Shown: positions 28,610-40,509, numbered from the stretch's first letter. The stretch is 64,000 bases of DNA from Octopus sinensis (GCF_006345805.1 NC_043015.1:34100001-34164000); one strand, 5' to 3'. Notes: generated from the letters alone by a model not told the origin. Numbers and translations are program-made.

Positions 28610-30090
28610 ATGTAGAAAGAGCTAGTTTCTAACCTACAAATAAGACTTAAATGTTCGCATCTTTCGGGTAACTGGTTTCAGTTACTTTGCATGGTTTCTT
28701 TTCTGTGTTCCAGAAAATTATGTTCTTGCATTTTATTCAAGCTTTGACAGGGATATTCCACCCATTCTTTCGAAATATTTATGGTTATGCCCTCCTCATC
28801 ACGGTAGATTCTTATATTTGTCTTCTCAGAATAATCATTTCGCCGAGTTTCATTCTATAGTTTTCTGGCCACGACACCATGTCTTACAGGTAATCAATGT
28901 CATAAAGACATTTTCAGTCAGTTCTTCTGATGTAAATGACATTCTCAGTGTTAGTTCGACAGAGACTGCATCGGTTGTCGCATCCAGGAGGTTTTATCTG
29001 CAACCTTACCTCTTTGGCGCATTAGATATTTTGTTGCTATTACCCCCCCCTTATATTATCTTGATTACCCTGGTCAACCAGTATTTTTCATCAAGCATAT
29101 TTCAAGGTGTACTTGATGCAGTTTTTAATGCTGATTTCAAATATATAATTACGATTTCAAATATACAAAAAAGTTGATTTGTATTCATAATGAGTAGAGT
29201 ACATTTAATTTTGTTGACCAGTGTTATCAATCTAGGACAGACTCGTTTAGTTGTCGATGTTGCTGTCAGTTAAAAGCCTTCTGTGAATTTAGTCATGCAT
29301 GACTCTTTGCTGGTTTGTATGAAGTCTTTCTTTTGACGATCTGTTTCCCTGGAGTTGAACAACTTCTCCCGGTATATATTTTAGGTCATCAGTCAGGGAA
29401 TACTTTCTGAGAAGCTCATTTACAATTCTCGTGGTGTTATCGACTTCACGTCTGCAGACTTGATCCATAGCAGGACCTCGACGTTTGGTAGTTTGTTGAT
29501 GTTGTCGAAGGAATACGATGCAACACTTAAAGGCTGTTTTGATCGATGTTAAGCTTTCGCTACCTTGTCTTAGTTTTAAATAAAAGCAGTATATATCACC
29601 ATTGCTGTAGAAATTCCTGGCACGAGTTCAATATCTTCAAGTTTTTACATCAATCGGATGTCAATTAACACCCAATATTGCTGTCCAAATGTTGGCGTAA
29701 GTACCGGTTCAGCAAACACATTCGATTTATTGCATGCAGCTATTTCCGAGAACCATATTTTGTAATTGTGGTGCTATGTTCCCCGGTTGCAGTCTTCTTT
29801 ATGGAGTCTATCATAGGAAACCATTTATTCTTAAGTGCCTGTAGTATTCCTCATCAAATAGTGGAGAAATGTTCAGGCCATTGATAATTATGTGACTTCG
29901 ATCTGCTTAACAACCATGTAAGAACATTTGACTGGTCAAATTTCGCCCCTGCATTTTTTGAGAATGACATAACTAGAATAAGGCTTTTCTTTATTCTTGG
30001 AATATATTTCAGATCATCCTCAATCTTGGGTTGGTGCCTCGTCGTGTGGGCCAGAACATAAGAAAAAAGTGGGTTTTTACTTAAATCATA
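28610..30090 (-). mobile_element. R4/Dong-clade remnant spanning RT domains 5-7 to REL
   Basis: EDDLKYIPRIKKSLILVMSFSKNAGAKFDQS (RT), ATKYLMRQR, CSLCRTNTENVIYI (Zn knuckle), NIIFWNTEKKPCKVTETSYPKDANI (REL). Confidence 0.8.
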
Positions 30091-31121
30091 AATGGTTGAA
30101 CCTTGCCAGGGATGGTGAGGTGGACAGGCATCACTGGTCCTCATTCAACTTTTAATTACTCACTTGATGGCCCCTAGCCCCACACCCTTGTACTCCACTT
30201 CAGCTGGTGAGCTAAGCCAAGTGAAGAGATGGGTGTTAACACAGCACCAGTAGGCGAAAGACTCTGGGCAAGGTTTCTCAAGGAGCCTCCTGTTCCACAC
30301 ACACACACGACTCGGTACATGTTTGTTTGAATGCATTTATCTCGTCTGTTTCATTGTTTTCTATTGATTTATTGCGGTTAATTTGCATTTTAACACTCTA
30401 GGGATGGTAAAGAGAAAGAATATAGAAAAGGAAGGCGAAAACTAAACGAAATTCCGTATTGTCTATAAGAATGCTCTAGTAATTAGTTTTTATTTATTAT
30501 TCCAGAAATATCTTTCCAAAACACTTTCTAGTTTTAGGGCGACTTTATGAAGATTTTAACAGTCAATGAATAAAGTACATTTTGTAATGAATTTTCTTTT
30601 CTTATTTCCAGAATATTTATCGTTTTCATGTGAATAATTTTCCAAATTTCTATTTATAAAGACTTTGGTTGGAATGAGCCTATTTTCCTCATAGGTGAAG
30701 GGGTGAATAATGAAACGGAATGGAAGAAATTAATGGTAACATTCACAGAACATTACTAAGAGAATTGGTCGAAATAAATCTCAAACAGTTTTATCGGTTG
30801 ATGTGATATAAGGTGGCAACATGTATATTTAGCACAGATAATGGGAAATTGATATATTCCTATAAATACAGCCCACAGTTACTACTCCAACTGTTAGTTA
30901 GCTAATCGGCTCGCATATCGTATGTGTGTGTACGTGTAAATGCATATGTATGAGTATGTAGTAGCATATATGTGTATGTGTGTGTGTGTGTGTGTGTGTA
31001 GTTATATCATCGTCGCCAGCAGTAACTCGTATCTGCGTAGTAAATCTGTTAGTGATTGAGCCTCTTCATCCTGATGGGTACAAAGGGTGTTGGTGCAAGG
31101 TATTTTTCGGTGTTGTTATTG

Positions 31122-31189
<68 letters not shown>

Positions 31190-31193
<4 letters not shown>

Positions 31194-31270
31194 TCACTGC
31201 CTGGAATCGAACTCGGAATCTTGGGGTAAGTAGCCCGTGCTCTTAACCACTACGCCATATGCCCACGGGC
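31190..31270 (-). mobile_element. Minimal tRNA-like SINE head between (TTA)n and (TAA)n
   Basis: Minus strand gcccgtgggcatatggcgtagtggttaagagcacgggctacttaccccaagattccgagttcgattccaggcagtgacctg has A box tggcgtagtgg and B box gttcgattc. Acceptor and anticodon stems do not pair, so it is not a tRNA gene. Confidence 0.75.
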
Positions 31271-31361
31271 ATAATAATAATAATTAATAATTAATAATAA
31301 TAATAACAATAACATCGAAAAATACCTTACGAATAAGAACCCAGGTTCGAAATTTCCCCAA

Positions 31362-31407
31362 AATACTCGATGAAGGCTGGAGTATATATCAACCGAAACG
31401 TTGTGTT
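31362..31407 (+). ncRNA. Degenerate minimal type I hammerhead ribozyme motif
   Basis: aatac-TCGATGA-a-ggctg(gagtatatat)caacc-GAA-ACGT-T-gtgtt. Core positions 3-4 read UC instead of CU, and stem II has one mismatch. Confidence 0.55.
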
Positions 31408-31718
31408 GACAACAAACAAGATGAGGACAAATATCCGTCAAATGTAAATAATGTAAATGATGATTTTCGTTTGGATGGTGGCAATACAGTGGAACAGGGG
31501 AAACCTTAGAATCTCTGGGGCCATCCTCATGCACCAAAAGAAATCTAAGATCAACAATAGAAGACAGTTACAGGAAGTTAGCTGGTTGCTATAGCAACAC
31601 CTTTCCGCGCACATCCAATCCACACACGTTCACACACACGCATATCGGCAACATTCGTCAATTTCTTGAAAATGGAGTCAAAGCCCCGAAATATTGAATA
31701 CAAGATAAGTCTACATTA

Positions 31719-32117
31719 ATTACCTCCGTCAAGGAAGGAGGTTATATTTTCATCGGCGTTGGTTTGTCCGTCTGTGTGCAAAATGACTCAAAAAGTTGAG
31801 AACGGTATTTAATGAAACTTGCAGGAAAAGTTGGTAAAGACACAACAAACAGATGATGAAATTTTGGTTGTGATTTGGGAATTTTTATGGATTCTTGAAG
31901 GATTTTTCATTTGTTATATTTACTTTACATGAAGTATTACAATGTTACGTTCTTTGATTATCTCCCTTGAAAACACGTTCATCGTTTCCACGTAACCTAT
32001 GGTGGCGTTGATGTATCCAAAGTTTATTTTCCTTTCTCTATTAGTAATTTTATTCGCGTATCTATCTTAAAATGAGTTGCTTGGCGGAGGTTTGCGCTCT
32101 CCGAGTGCCTTTCTAGT
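31719..32117 (+). mobile_element. Non-autonomous DNA element with subterminal inverted repeats and 3' hairpin-CTAG (Crypton-V-like or Helentron-like; class uncertain)
   Basis: acctccgtcaag (31722-31733) / cttggcggaggt (32080-32091), then hairpin gcgctc-tcc-gagtgc and CTAG at 32113-32116. Confidence 0.65.
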
Positions 32118-32119
32118 TC

Positions 32120-32370
32120 ACATATTTGTTTTGTGATTTACCTTGCAATTACTTCGCATTCTTTTGGCCTTACCCACGATCCTCGCTGGCCACTAAACCT
32201 TTTTATTTTCTCTCCCTGTTTATTTCTGTGTTCCTTTCTGTCGAAGGGCGTAGGTTCGAAACGTAAAAGACTTTCTCACTTCCCGAGCATTAAACTAATA
32301 CATCTGTTCGTTGTTTATAAACCCGTCTTCGTGTTTTGTTTTGTTTTTGTAAATCCTCACTATATATATA
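32120..32370 (+). mobile_element. Short Penelope-like terminal unit carrying a hammerhead motif, ending in (TA)n
   Basis: Contains the motif at 32234-32269; homologous to 39040-39197(-). The Penelope assignment is inferred from the hammerhead architecture. Confidence 0.6.
32234..32269 (+). ncRNA. Minimal type I hammerhead-like motif, A6U core variant
   Basis: cttt-CTGTCGA-a-gggc(gtag)gttc-GAA-ACGT-A-aaag; stems I and II are fully paired allowing G-U. Confidence 0.6.
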
Positions 32371-32799
32371 TATATTTATATATACAAAAAGATAGATAGA
32401 TAGATATAATTATATGTATATAGAGAGAGGTAGAGAAAAAGAGAACAAGAGAATGTAAGAGAGAGACGTGGTGTCCAGTAGTGGACAGTTAATTTATAAA
32501 AAACATTTCTTCGTGATATTTGGCGAGATTAGAAGTTTCACGCATAGAATATATTTATATAATATTTTGTTTATTTGATTTATCTTGGTGATTACAAATT
32601 TCTTAAAATTTCTAGTCTTAGGTAATCCTGTATACCAATATTTCATTCATCGTTGAAATCATCTGAATCACATAACCCGAGGAATGTACTAAACATTGTC
32701 ATGAAGCGAGACAGTCCTTATAAATGGAAAATAATTATATTTTGGAAGAAATTCATGAAATATGCGTTTTTTTCCTTTTTTGTGTCTTTTTCAGATTTC

Positions 32800-32990
32800 T
32801 GCGTAAAGCCAGCAATTTTTGAAGGGTGGCAGCTAGTCGATTACATCGACCCAAGTGGTCAACTGATATCATTTTATCGACTCCGAAAGGATGAAAGATG
32901 AAGTTGAATTTGAACCCAGAACGTAATGAGTTGGAAGAAATGTCTCTAAGCATTTTGTCCAACGTGCAAACGATTCTAGCAATTCGTCGC
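32800..32990 (-). mobile_element. tRNA-derived SINE, same family as 11335
   Basis: gccagcaatttttgaaggg...gtcgattacatcgaccc...ttttatcgactccgaaaggatgaaag...gattctagcaattcgtcgcc. Confidence 0.8.
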
Positions 32991-34089
32991 CATGATGTGA
33001 CAAAATAATATAAATTATTTACATCGGCAACACAACTCCCATATTTTATGGCAAGGTCTCTTTGATTGTTGTAGTACACATGATATTCTTAAGGAATAGA
33101 GATGTTGTAACGGTCATGCCTTCTTCAGCGGGTATTTACGGATTAAGTAAAGTAAACTAGCATCAGCAGTGAATTAAAGCTGCATGGAAACTTGTCAGGG
33201 TTGTACTTCTTGTCATACAAGATAATAGTTATATATATATATGTCTTCGTATGATTTGTTAAATCTAATTAAGACTGTTATTGCAACAAACTTTGTAAAT
33301 CAGGTAAAATCTTCCTTTCAAGTGGCGACATTTCTGTAAGAAAGAATATGAAACCTTGTATATGTGTGGTTTGTTATCAGTAACCTTGTGAACTTTTATA
33401 TCACCAAAGTATGTAATAAAACCTGTATATAATAAAGAAGCCATAAAGATGAGAGAAAATATGAAATTTAGATTTCCTATCTACAAGCTATGTATCCAAT
33501 TATTTACGACGAATGTCATATCTCTGTACCATTGATATTGAATATAACATGTAGCCAACCTTTATCAGTGAGATATATACTATAAAGTTAAATGCTAAAA
33601 TGCAAGGAAACTGGTGTTGGTCTGCCTCGGCAAAAACTGTTCAGTAAAGTTTATAAAATTCGATATTGTTAGTTGATAATTGAATTCTAAGGTTTCAGCC
33701 ATGACCTGTCTTCGGAAAATGAGTAGAACATTGGTTGGATCTCATAAAATATTTCTTAGTTATCGACATAAAGTATTACCTGACGTAGTTGGCCGAGTTT
33801 GGTGTTAGCAGTATTAGGGCTAGCGGATCGAATCCTAGTGGTATATAATACTTCATTCACTTTGTCTGCCAACAGAAGCCAAGAGAAATAACAAATATTA
33901 CAAATTCCCCACAGTAAGAATTAAGTGTTCCATGTAATTAGCGAGTGTTTTATAATTTTTTTATTCTTTCGATCGACTTGCCCTGGACAAGATCACAGTA
34001 CATGCCTTTTTTTTTACACTTTTTCCATTTGCCTTGTAGTAATTTATATAGTGTTAAATCCGCAGAATGGTCATATACAGAGTGGTGCA

Positions 34090-34290
34090 TATATAGATAG
34101 TACTGCAATGTATATAGTAACACATCTATAGCATATAGTAGTGTGTATAGTAGTACATTTATATTGTGGTAACGTATATAGTACTACACCTGTAGACAGT
34201 GTGGCATTGTATTATTGTGATACACCTGTAGATAGTGTAATAATGAATATAGTCGAATTTATATAAACAGTACAATATATATACTTGCTC
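34090..34290. repeat. Degenerate minisatellite, about 30-bp unit
   Basis: Recurrent gtatatagtaacacatctatag / gtatatagtactacacctgtag / gtgatacacctgtagatagtgt. Confidence 0.55.
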
Positions 34291-34439
34291 CAAGTATCTC
34301 TTTCGATCAGCGGGGAATGTTGGCCTGCTCGACTAGCCAACGGGGTGACGTCATTTGAAGGTTAAAATGAGCCACAAGCGCATTGTGACCAGCGATGAGT
34401 AACAACATCTGATGGCCTTGTCGGTCGCTTGGTCACATG

Positions 34440-34480
<41 letters not shown>

Positions 34481-35067
34481 TTACATTGCTAGAAGCAAGA
34501 GCTAAAGTCCTCTAACGCTGTTGTTAACGCACATGAATGAAAACATACACACAGACAGGGAGCATAATTGTCCGAAAAATACCGACCGAGAATTCTTAAG
34601 ATGGACACATCAGTTTCGGAAATTTCCGTTGCCATCATCAGTTAAGCCATCTTGGTGTTCGGTTATTTCCCCGTTAGTGTGTGTTTTCATTCATGACGCT
34701 AAATACAGATTTAGAGCATTTTAGCTCTTATTTCTAGCAATGTGGGTGTTTCCTAACACCCTAGTCACATTTAGTGACAATTATAAGTCTCCTTTTTGGT
34801 GAAATATTGCAGCCTGGTGTTTACATTAATTGTGTGTGTATAATATTAAGGATTCTGGAAAGAATCGGGTACTTAAATGATATGCACCAGGTTGGATTGA
34901 ATTAACCTGTAATCACAACCTTTAGTCGAATAAATATACTGGGTACTGAAGTAGATCCTGTGAAATATTCAGATCGTGCACACAGAGAAGACTACTCCTA
35001 CGAGTATTTAGCGCCGAGGAGCTGGTCCAAAGCGCACGTTGTGTTGATCACACGGCATACTCTAGGC

Positions 35068-36380
35068 CAGGGATGTGCAACCCGCGGCCTACGGGCCGCA
35101 TTACGGCCCATTTAATATTTTCATGCGGCCCGCTAGCGATTCAAATTCTAATTCTATGTGTTATTTTCTAGTTTTATTTTCATTTACTTAGATAATGTAT
35201 GATGAGAAAATTATTCTCGGAGTGTGCTATTTTGAACGGACCAATGAAAACCTCAATAGAGGGAGGTAAAACAAGGGAGGTCACGGGGTTTATGACGTAG
35301 AATGGCAGACTCTACGTCGTAGAGTCAGCCATTTTGTTGATGCATAATCAACAGCCATTGTTTCAGTTTCAAATTTTTTGATGTTGGATCAATATTGATA
35401 ATGTTTTTGTCTAACCTTGTTTACAATGTCAAGTGTTAGTGACTTCGGTGGTGCTTCACTGTTTCTTGTCTACGCTAAGCCCAATGCTAACGCTTTATGC
35501 GGAAGAGCCTATTTATTCTTCATTTGTTTCTGATTTCTGGAACATTAATATCAGCAAGATCACGTAACAATTTTAATTGTTAATTGTTAATAGCCTATTG
35601 TTTAGTCATGGCATCTGGCACTAAGAAGAGAAATATAACAGAAGAAAAGAGAAAATTCAATAGCCTATGGACAGAAAAAATATCTCGTAATTGAAGAATG
35701 CAATAATATTATCTGCCTCATATGTAATGATAAAATTGCTGTATGCAAGGAATATAGTATTAAGCGTCACTATGCTGCCAAGTTAGAAGGAAAATGAAAA
35801 TAGATGAATTGAAGAAGCTTAGTTCACGACAAAACAATTTTAAAAACATGTTGGGAAAACTGGTATATGTACAAAAAAGCCACTGATAGATGGCGAATTA
35901 ATAAAAGAATGTATTGAAATTGCTTTTAATGAATATTGTTCCGAGAAAGTGAACTTATTCAATGAAACAAATCTGTTAGCATCACACAATTGGTAGAAGA
36001 ATTGGTGACTTAGCTGACAGCATTGTGGGTACATTGCAGACTCAATTATCTAAATATGTCCATTACAGTTTAGCACTGGACGAAGATACTGATGAAAGTG
36101 ACGCTGCACAATTGGTTGTTTTCATCAGCGGAATTGATGTCAATTTTAACATCATTGAAGAAATGTTGGACGTGTGTCATATGAAGGGTACAACAACCGG
36201 ACATAATTGAGTATGTTAATTTATTATTAGAAAAGTTCAATGTTGGCAAAAATAAAATTGATTGGATTACAACTGATGGTGCTCCTGCATTAACTGGTAA
36301 AAATAATGGGTTTATTACTCTATTCAAAGAAATGGTCGATCATGATAGACTTTGCAATCATTGCTTGATTCATCAACAGC
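35068..36380 (+). mobile_element. hAT transposon (Charlie/SPIN, GTF2IRD2-like transposase), 3'-truncated and frameshifted
   Basis: 5' end cagggatgtgcaacccgcggcc after tctaggc. From ATG 35608: MASGTKKRNITEEKRKFNSLWTEK..ICLICNDKIAVCKEYSIKRHY (BED-type finger), YSLALDEDTDESDAAQLVVFISG, ITTDGAPALTGKNNG, HCLIHQQ. Confidence 0.93.
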
Positions 36381-36399
36381 AAGTATTTACAAATATTAT

Positions 36400-36873
36400 T
36401 CTACGCGAAACCACGTGTTGACGCTGTGTTCTGCTGTTTGTGCCAATTCTGTGAATTTATGTGGCGCAGGAAATATGAAAATTGTGATTTGTTCGAAAAA
36501 TTACCAGAATGTATTTTGGACGTTTTTTTTTATTTTTGCATAATCGTATGAATTCCCGAGTGTAGAATACAATTTCGTATTTCCTGAAAATTCCAAAATA
36601 TGTCGAGCGTCATTCATTTATTTACAGTTTCATATAAAGACACATGCTATTTTCAGGATGTTGATAAAATGTCCAGTCACGCACAAAATGGCAGTTTCCA
36701 AATCCTGTTTTCTGTCTGGGTAAAAATTATCAAACTTTAAACCTCTTTAACATTTTAAAAAAAAATTCTCTGGAAATTCAGCTTGAAAAACTACATTAAT
36801 GAACCAAATTTTAAAATTTTCAATAAATTTTGAATTTTCAAAAATTGGCAGTCAAACTGAAAAGATCCTTTAA
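36400..36873. mobile_element. Probable non-autonomous DNA element ending ...AAGATCCTTTAA (Kolobok-like right end)
   Basis: Replaces the hAT 3' half and ends in CCT+TTAA immediately before a SINE head. Left end not identified. Confidence 0.35.
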
Positions 36874-37175
36874 CTTCCCAACCACATGGTTCTGGGTTCA
36901 GCCTTTCTGCGTGGTACCTCGGGCTACTATAGCTTCGGCCGACCAAAGATTTGTGAGTAGATTTAAAAGACAGAGACTGAAAATATTTATATGTGTATGT
37001 CTTGGTGTTTTTGACTGTTCTTCACTATCGCTTGACAAACTAGCGGTTCGACAAATATGATCGATAGAATAAGGATCAGGCTTTAAAAAAAATAAGTACT
37101 CTAAAAATATCGGTCGATTTGTTCGACTAAATCCCTTAAAGGCCAACGACAAGTAATACACAAAGGATAAAAAGA
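36874..37175 (+). mobile_element. tRNA-derived SINE (4226 family), 5'-clipped
   Basis: cttcccaaccacatggttctgggttcag...ggccgaccaaagatttgtgagtag...gatcgatagaataagg...gtcgatttgttcgactaaa. Confidence 0.8.
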
Positions 37176-37235
37176 TATGTATGTATGTATGTATGTGTGT
37201 ATGTATGTATGTATGTATGTATGTATGTATGTATG

Positions 37236-37266
<31 letters not shown>

Positions 37267-37657
37267 GTATGTATGCGGGTGTGCGTGTATCTGTGTTACA
37301 ATGGAAGTCAATAGTAGAATGATAAAGTGGTAATGACAGATTTATTGTGAAAGTCAGCGAAGCGAAGATTGTTGTCACGTCTATAAAGCTCATTAAGTTT
37401 AGTTGATGTTGCAATTTTATGGGACAATCAACAGACTGAATCACTGAGTCATTAGGAGGCTGTGGTTAGGTGGAGACAAGCCGAAAAGACAAAGAAATAC
37501 GGGTTCTTTTGTTATGGAACTAACCAAACTTTAAAGTAAATGCGTAGTTTAGTTTATTCTAAAACGTATGTGTGTGTGTTCGCGTCCGTGTAAGTGCGTG
37601 TGTGCTTGTATATTTATAGGGTATGCTCGTTTCCTGATTTATGATATTGTAACGAAG

Positions 37658-37744
<87 letters not shown>

Positions 37745-38844
37745 ATAATACTTAGAATAACTTAGAAGGTTTTGGCCAGTATTGGCCCAGGCCATTTCTA
37801 ACTTAATAGCACGAATTTTCGAAAATTGGTAGTCAAACTGAAAAGATCCGTTAATTTCCCAACCACACACACATATATATATATATTGTTATATGTTCAT
37901 ATCAATGTATACGCGTAGGTATACGTATATATGAATACATCCCCACTATTATTACTATTTTGTTAAAGACATCAACACACATAGACAAACGCAGACAAAC
38001 TCTCAAATCCACAGAGAGAGAGAGGCGACCAAAATCTAAGTGTTATTTGTTGTTTGCGGTTATTTTGTGCGTGTTGTATCGGAAGAAATGGCATTGGACA
38101 TACCATACACAGACACATACATACAGGAACAAGCCGGCTTTATATTGTCGTCTCCATCTCCTCCCAAACCTTCGATTCTGTCAACACCTCAGCCCCACTG
38201 CTATCATTCTGCTTTGCTTCATTGTGTTTCCTTCTTTACCGTTTTTGCTGTGCTTGCAATGCAAGCAACGTCCAGTACACTATCGTTTTGTCAGAACTAC
38301 ACACAGACTTTTAGAAATAGTTGTGGTTAAGAAAGTGTATAAAGTAGATTCACACCACTAAAAACGCCAGCAGTTTTACTCATTGTAGAGAATGCTTTCC
38401 AATAGCAAACTCAGACTTTCTTCTTACCGTAATGCTTGTAAAGACAAAATACACGTTGCGTTTACTTATGTGCTATACCGAAAGTAACGCAAATGAAGGT
38501 ACAACTTCTTGATAGGTTGTTCAAACCGTTTATGTTTGTAGAGGAGCTCTTCCCTATTATAATTCTTCTAACTGTTCTTTACTGCAAGCAAATAATAGGT
38601 TCCAAACAGACACAATATGCTGTCGTTGAATTTTAGACAAAGGTGGGGGTGCAGGCTGTCCGAAGGCGACAGGTTGTTTACAGAGATGGCATTATTGATA
38701 AAAAGAGGGTGCACAGACGGATGAAGTTCAAAGGAGGAGAAAACAGCAAAAACGGACAAACCATGAACTGCGGCCACTGTCACGGAATGACCAGCGTAGA
38801 AATGGCAGCAGTTTAATAACCGAAACGAGTAAAAGATTAACGAT

Positions 38845-38884
<40 letters not shown>

Positions 38885-39039
38885 CGCACACACACACATA
38901 TATATGCATGCGTATATATATATAAGTGTATGTATGTATATATGTATGTATGTGTGTTTGCATGTGCGTATATATGTACGTATGTATGTATGTATGTATG
39001 TATGTATGTATGTTTGTATGTATGTATAAAATTTATAGA

Positions 39040-39197
39040 AAAACTAAAGACGAAGACAGGTGTATTAGTTTGACGCTCGGGAAGGGGAGAAAGTCTGTTA
39101 CGTTTCGAGCCTACGCTCTTCAACAGAAAGGTAGACGAGGAAATAAACAGAGAGAGAATTTAAAAATCTCTTGGAGTTAGCGGTCAGTCATAGCGAT
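39040..39197 (-). mobile_element. Second copy of the 32120 hammerhead-bearing unit
   Basis: Minus strand cctttctgttgaagagcgtaggctcgaaacgtaacagactttctccccttcccgagcgtcaaactaatacacctgtcttcgtcttt aligns with 32233-32340. Confidence 0.7.
39095..39130 (-). ncRNA. Minimal type I hammerhead-like motif, A6U core variant
   Basis: cttt-CTGTTGA-a-gagc(gtag)gctc-GAA-ACGT-A-acag; perfect stem II, one stem I mismatch. Confidence 0.6.
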
Positions 39198-39205
39198 ATA
39201 TATAT

Positions 39206-40209
39206 GTGTTAACGTCGTTGTTTTTCGTCCGCCGCTATAAAGGCTTTTTCCAATGCGCCAGAGAAAAAATTTGTTTGCTTGTTATCAGTCGTAAGACACT
39301 TGTTGTTTTCACCGTTAATGCTTCTGTATTTCATGTTTCTGTATTCCATTATTGTTTTTTTTTTTTTTTTTTTTTTTATATCTGTCCCTTTTGCTGTCCT
39401 GGTGTTCGTATGCATTCGATCCTTCTTCCAGGAAATCTACGCTTCCAGCTTAGTTTTTCTAATGCTCGTTGCTTAGTTTTTCTTGGAGGGCTGGTCGTGA
39501 TCTAGTAATCTCAAGATTAATCAGCCGAAATTACTACGATGATCCGGTTCTTGACTGAAGACTGAGGGGTTCGAATGTCCTGTCCATGTTTATTGTATCG
39601 TCTTCTAAGAGTTATACGTTCTTGTCCATGTTGTATTTTTCTACATACCTTAACATATATTCCAGGCGCCCCGTACCCCCTTATCATTAATGTGAACACA
39701 TATTCTTAATAATTGGTACGACTCTCTGTTTGTCTCTCTCTCTCTCTCATTTTTACTTGATCTGTCCCCCTCTCTCTCTCTTTTCTCTCTATTCATCTTC
39801 TCTTTCCTCTGATCCTTTGGTCTAGTCTTCCACTACCCTCCTATTTCTTTGTCTCGCTCTGCACTCACAGGTCATTCTTCGACACCCATCCCTTCTCCTC
39901 TCTGATTCCTTCTTTCTCTCTCTTCTCTCTCTTCTCTCTCTTTGTTGCGTTTTGTCCCCCTTCTCTCTCTCTCTTCCTTTGCTTCTCTTTCTTTTCTTTT
40001 CCCTCTTCTCTGTCACGTGACTGTTGGCCGAAATCTGCCTTTCAGCTCCTGACCCTCGTCGTGTTAACATCGTTGTTTTTCGTCCGCCGCTATAAAGGCT
40101 TTTTCCAATGCGCCAGAGAAAAAATTTGTTTGCTTGTTATCAGTCGTAAGACACTTGTTGTTTTCACCGTTAATGCTTCTGTATTTCATGTTTCTGTATT
40201 CCATTATTG

Positions 40210-40240
<31 letters not shown>

Positions 40241-40509
40241 TCTGTCCCTTTTGCTGTCCTGGTGTTCGTATGCATTCGATCCTTCTTCCAGGAAATCTAC
40301 GCTTCCAGCTTAGTTTTTCTAATGCTCGTTGCTTAGTTTTTCTTGGAGGGCTGGCCGTGATCTAGTAATCTCAAGATTAATCAGCCGAAATTACTACGAT
40401 GATCCGGTTCTTGACTGAAGACTGAGGGGTTCGAATGTCCTGTCCATGTTTATTGTATCGTCTTCTAAGAGTTATACGTTCTTGTCCATGTTGTATTTTT
40501 CTACATACC

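Noticed and set aside
28057-28625. Several ORFs of 60-174 aa (YVCM/HTYI repeats)
   Set aside because: (TATG)n and (TG)n lack stops in most frames; the same applies to the IYIY, CVCV and THTH ORFs throughout the window.
31190-31270. tRNA gene
   Set aside because: A and B boxes are present but acceptor and anticodon stems do not form; treated as a SINE head. The same applies to the tRNA-like stretch at about 33782-33850.
38629-38818. Open frame after ttttag: TKVGVQAVRRRQVVYRDG...MNCGHCHGMTSVEMAAV*, containing CxxCH
   Set aside because: Weak acceptor, no recognisable family, and the 3' part merges into a SINE-tail-like sequence; the CxxCH motif is probably chance.
39485-39580. Possible hammerheads in the A repeat (ggctg...cagcc-gaaa; ctgaaga...cgaatgtc)
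   Set aside because: The first has stem II and GAAA but no CUGANGA core; the second has the core but lacks GAAA and a stem I.
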